Below, piece by piece: positions 60,318-64,000 of a stretch of DNA of 64,000 nt. Every line of letters begins with the position of its first letter. Positions within the stretch are counted from its first letter, which is position 1. The position numbers were made by a program, and so were the translations under genes. Where the stretch lies: the NCBI RefSeq assembly GCF_000315625.1, contig NW_005434631.1:1-64000 (forward strand). The letters run 5' to 3'. Below the pieces are notes generated by a model. It ran no database searches. It had not been told where the DNA came from and worked only from the letters and a program-made list of their open reading frames with translations. The stretch is from Guillardia theta CCMP2712. Lineage: Eukaryota > Protista > Cryptophyta.

Positions 60318-63064
60318 CTACAAAGCAGCGAATGTGCAAGACCCCCTGGCTAGCTTTGGACCCTCCTTGAGTTCCGACCAGCTATTCTTCACTGCAGTAT
60401 GTGTCAATGCTGGACAAATAGGTTGAGCGACGCATCCACCTGGATCGTACACTTCCACAGTCGGTAGCAAGCCTCTCTCGGCACCGTTCATGCCACCCAA
60501 AACGTAGAGTTTCTTGTCCATCACGGCGACACCCGCTCCCCATCTCTTCGTTCCCATATTTGCCACTGGGGTCCAGCTATTGGTGCTGCATGCATGCATC
60601 AGAAGTGCGCTATCGAGTGCGGAAGATTCACGTTGGATCATAGCGTTCGACGCTTCGAAGCTTGTTCCCAAAGTCATCCTTTCCCCCGATGGCATACAAA
60701 TATCCTTCCAAGACTTCGACGGCTTGTGCGAACGTGAGGACACGAAGTGATTCAACCGATCACAAACCTGCTCCAACTCGACATGTTCTCATCGGGGCGA
60801 CGTTGCACCCTTGCGGCAACAAAGTGCTGACGTCAGCACGAAACATACCCACAAGTTCGTAGACTCACAGGTGTCTGTGACTGGATCGTATGCTTCAACG
60901 CTCGCCATTGCGGCATCTTTCTCCGACCTTCCTCCAACCTTTCTTCACGTGAGAAACGCAATGCGGACACACAGCAAGACACACTGCATAGAGAATGTTG
61001 TTCAAGGCACCGAGCCGCACGGCTCCTCTCGCCTCGCGCATGGAAGCGCATACAGACCAATTGTCTGTTTGAACATTGTAGCATTCCACACTGTTGAGTC
61101 TGCATCCATTGTTTTCAGACATGCTGCTCAAAAAGAATCAGCCAGATTAAATACCTGTAGCCCGAATCGTTTCGCCCACCAACGGCATAAATGACTCCAG
61201 CGACAGCAGCAACACCCAGGCCAGTCCTTGCAGTTTTCATGGGTGAGAGCAACTTCCAAGAGTTCTGCATCAAGCAGCTGTTGTAAGAGAATCAATAACT
61301 TCGTAAGATTTCGACCTGATAAGCGTTGTATCGCTCGATGCTAGCCAGCGCTCTGCCTGTCTCATCCTTTCCTCCGACAACGTACACCATTCCCTTGACG
61401 CTTGAAGAACCATGCCGCATCCTCTTTTGTATCATAGGAGCAATCTAGTGTGAATCAGCAATTAAGTTTGTCGACACTGGAGTGAGGAAACACAGAGATC
61501 GGGAAATTATTCACCTCATCCCATGAACTAGTCTTGGAGTCGAGCCTTTCTACTTTAGTCCACGCCGGCCGACCACCCAAAGCAAGTAAACATTTGGTGA
61601 TTCGTTGTTTACGATTCTTGCACTGTTTTGTGTCCAGTTTCTGTTAGACAAGGTCAGACAACTTTTAAGTTCCAAATACACTTTGAAACTACAGAGTCTT
61701 GTTGAATTTGATCTTTTGGATTCTTGAGGCGAGCCAGCAATTTCTGATTGTCAGGATCCAATTTCATTCTCTTCGCTTTAGGGACCGAAGAGAAAAGATG
61801 TTGAATTTCAGGGCTGATCATTCGATATGTCAGTCGTGCCGTCATTTCACTGAGGTCATTCACCAAGCTGAAGTTCCACTGATTCGTTTTTTGACCATCG
61901 GCTCTTCCAAGATGCTGTTGATGTTTTCCTGAACGAATGAATTCATCACACGAAACACCTCCTGTCGAACTTACCTCACTCAGCAGACCGATCCGCAGGT
62001 TGCAGAGCAATTGACCAAGCAATGGCTCGCGTTCTTCAGCATAATATCCAACCCATCGTAGTATTGACTAAATAACATCCTCACTGTAGATAAGAAAGGA
62101 ATTTGCCTTTACCTCAAAGACATCATATTCTGAATCCACCGCAAGGCTGCCAGAAACGTCATTAAGAAAAACAAAAAAGAAAATCTTGTATCCTCACTTA
62201 TCACTCGCCAGAATATCACAGAGTTGACTGAGGGTGAATCTATCAGATACCAGGTCGGGTTGGAGAATACTTTGATACCTTAGATCAAGCTGTAGAAAGT
62301 CTTCACTTTCTGATGCAATTTGAGTGAATTGATTGAATACAACCTGCCAACCAACATCCTCAGTCCCTGGCGAGAGCCGAAGAACGACACAGAACCTCTG
62401 AAGCTGCTTCAATGAGTTCCTGACAGCCAACTTCTTGTCCAAATAAGCGCAATTTGAGAGCATTGGGAAGATCGAGACGCTGCTGCAGCCGCTGCACACA
62501 GATACTTCTGACTGAGCTGAACCCGAGGTGTTCACTGGCTACTAACAAATTTACAAGTTCTTCCGTTCCATGAAGAACCAGCTGCCCGTTATAAATGAAG
62601 TCGAGGATCCACTTGAAGGATCGTTTATCCACCCCCTCAAGCTTGATCACCTCTTCCTTACTCTCTCTGAATCCTCCAACTAAGAGTATCTTGAAAAAGT
62701 CGCTCGAGGATGCTAGGATAACTCTATGCGCCCGGAAATCCTCGTCCTCTACTCGAATCGTGACGTCACAGAGTGATTCATCTTGAAACAATTGACTCAA
62801 GCCTTGCAGCAATTCAGCTGCATGCTCCTGATGTTTCACCAGTATTGGCACTTTGCAGTCGTCTGCGTCTGTGGATCTCTTGCGCTTCTGTCCGACTTGA
62901 GATTCCAAGGAACTTCTCCGAGCGGGAGAGTCAACGGTGAGGTCATCATCTCGATGTTCAGATGCGTACATCTGTAACTGCTGCGAGGTGCACGACTCAA
63001 ATGACGCGTTCGCATCGAATGACGCGTCCAGGTGGTTGCTGTCTTCTGGCCTGTCTGAGCTCAT
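60318..63064 (-). CDS. BTB-BACK-Kelch protein (KLHL-like Cullin-3 adaptor), multi-exon
   Basis: LCDVTIRVEDEDFRAHRVILASSSDFF..ILDFIYNG; BACK exons; Kelch repeats (KRWGAGVAVMDKKLYVLGG..VEVYDP, SVECYN..NW..ASMREAR). Confidence 0.92.
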
Positions 63065-63511
63065 TTCCTGTAAATACAGTCAAACGTTGAAGAACAACAA
63101 GCTATCACAGACACAAAGCAACTCTGGTTTCATCTGCAGACCTATGTTCCTTCCTTCGTCATACACTTTATGATTTGATCTACCACTCTATTGCCTTCCT
63201 TCTATCGATATTTTCTTTAGCGGTAATGCACAGCTCTCTTGCATTCCAAGACAATCAGATACCGTCTCTCATGTGTCAAGTGTCTCCCACTTCAATCTGC
63301 AAACAATGACAGTCGTCCATACATGTCCACCTTCTTGTTTCCTACCTGATTTTCCTTCTATCTCACGTTTCCTGAATACTCCTCTGGGCTCGTTTGCCTT
63401 CTTTTACCTATTTTCTAAAACTTCCTAAAACTTGTCCCAACTTTTCCTTCTTCTCTTGTCATACAGATTTTCCCGTCTAATCTGATGTGATTTATTCGAT
63501 ATGTGTGCCTT

Positions 63512-63560
63512 TCCGTCCGTCCGTCCGTCCGTCCGTCCGTCCGTCCGTCCGTCCGTCCGT
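63512..63560. repeat. (TCCG)n tetranucleotide microsatellite
   Basis: Direct tandem tccg run. Confidence 0.9.
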
Positions 63561-64000
63561 CTTTCTCTCACTCACCCTCATTCTCACTCTCTCATTCTCT
63601 GATGCACTTCTTTCTTCTCTGCTTGCCCTCTCTTTTCGTTTTCGTCTCTTTCTCTGCATCTCCTTCCTGCCTCCTCCTCGTCTCCCATTGTAGCCGACAG
63701 CATTCTGTATGAAAACGTAAAGGTGTGGAAAAGGGGGGTGGGGTCATCATAGAGGGGGTAGAGAGTCAAAATTCTTCAAAATTGAAAAATATTTCGAAAC
63801 ATTATTAGGAAAATTGAAAGATAATTGATATAGACCCCCATCTTTTACAACCAAAAATGGGGTGACAAAACAAATTCAGAGCTAGGTGTCAACATCCACT
63901 TTCGTATTGCAAAACTGGGGTCATGCATTAAAGTGGTGGGAAGCTTGGGGGTGGGGGAACTGAATCTGTACAGGATGGAAGCGAAAGGGGAATATTGCTC

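Overview
Gene-dense eukaryotic nuclear DNA with short (~45-60 nt) GT-AG introns and several N gaps. Gene content and style (RWP-RK factor, plant-type PNGase N-terminus, flagellar dynein LC4, putative complex-plastid targeting) suggest a flagellated alga, probably a cryptophyte (inference). The dominant feature is a family of giant single-pass surface receptors: signal peptide, tandem 8-Cys EGF array, tandem Cys-rich exon/intron cassettes, IPT/TIG-like region, REJ module, degenerate GPS, Cys-rich block, one TM. Two copies form a ~9.9 kb near-identical inverted repeat (~121-10024 vs 21819-31722). Identity ends just before the stalk/TM/cytoplasmic tail, so the 11.8 kb between the arms carries two different tails plus a two-domain nucleotide cyclase, a coiled-coil gene and SAM50. 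A third family 5' end (EGF array) lies at 56338-57873. Other genes: UBL-thioredoxin-PNGase-jacalin fusion, SAHH, CIA30/NDUFAF1, a membrane protein, ER DnaJ, RWP-RK factor, a gap-truncated putative plastid protein, dynein LC4-like EF-hand protein and a BTB-BACK-Kelch protein. Intergenic spacers hold a dispersed short repeat whose copies appear to decay by small CG/palindromic insertions.
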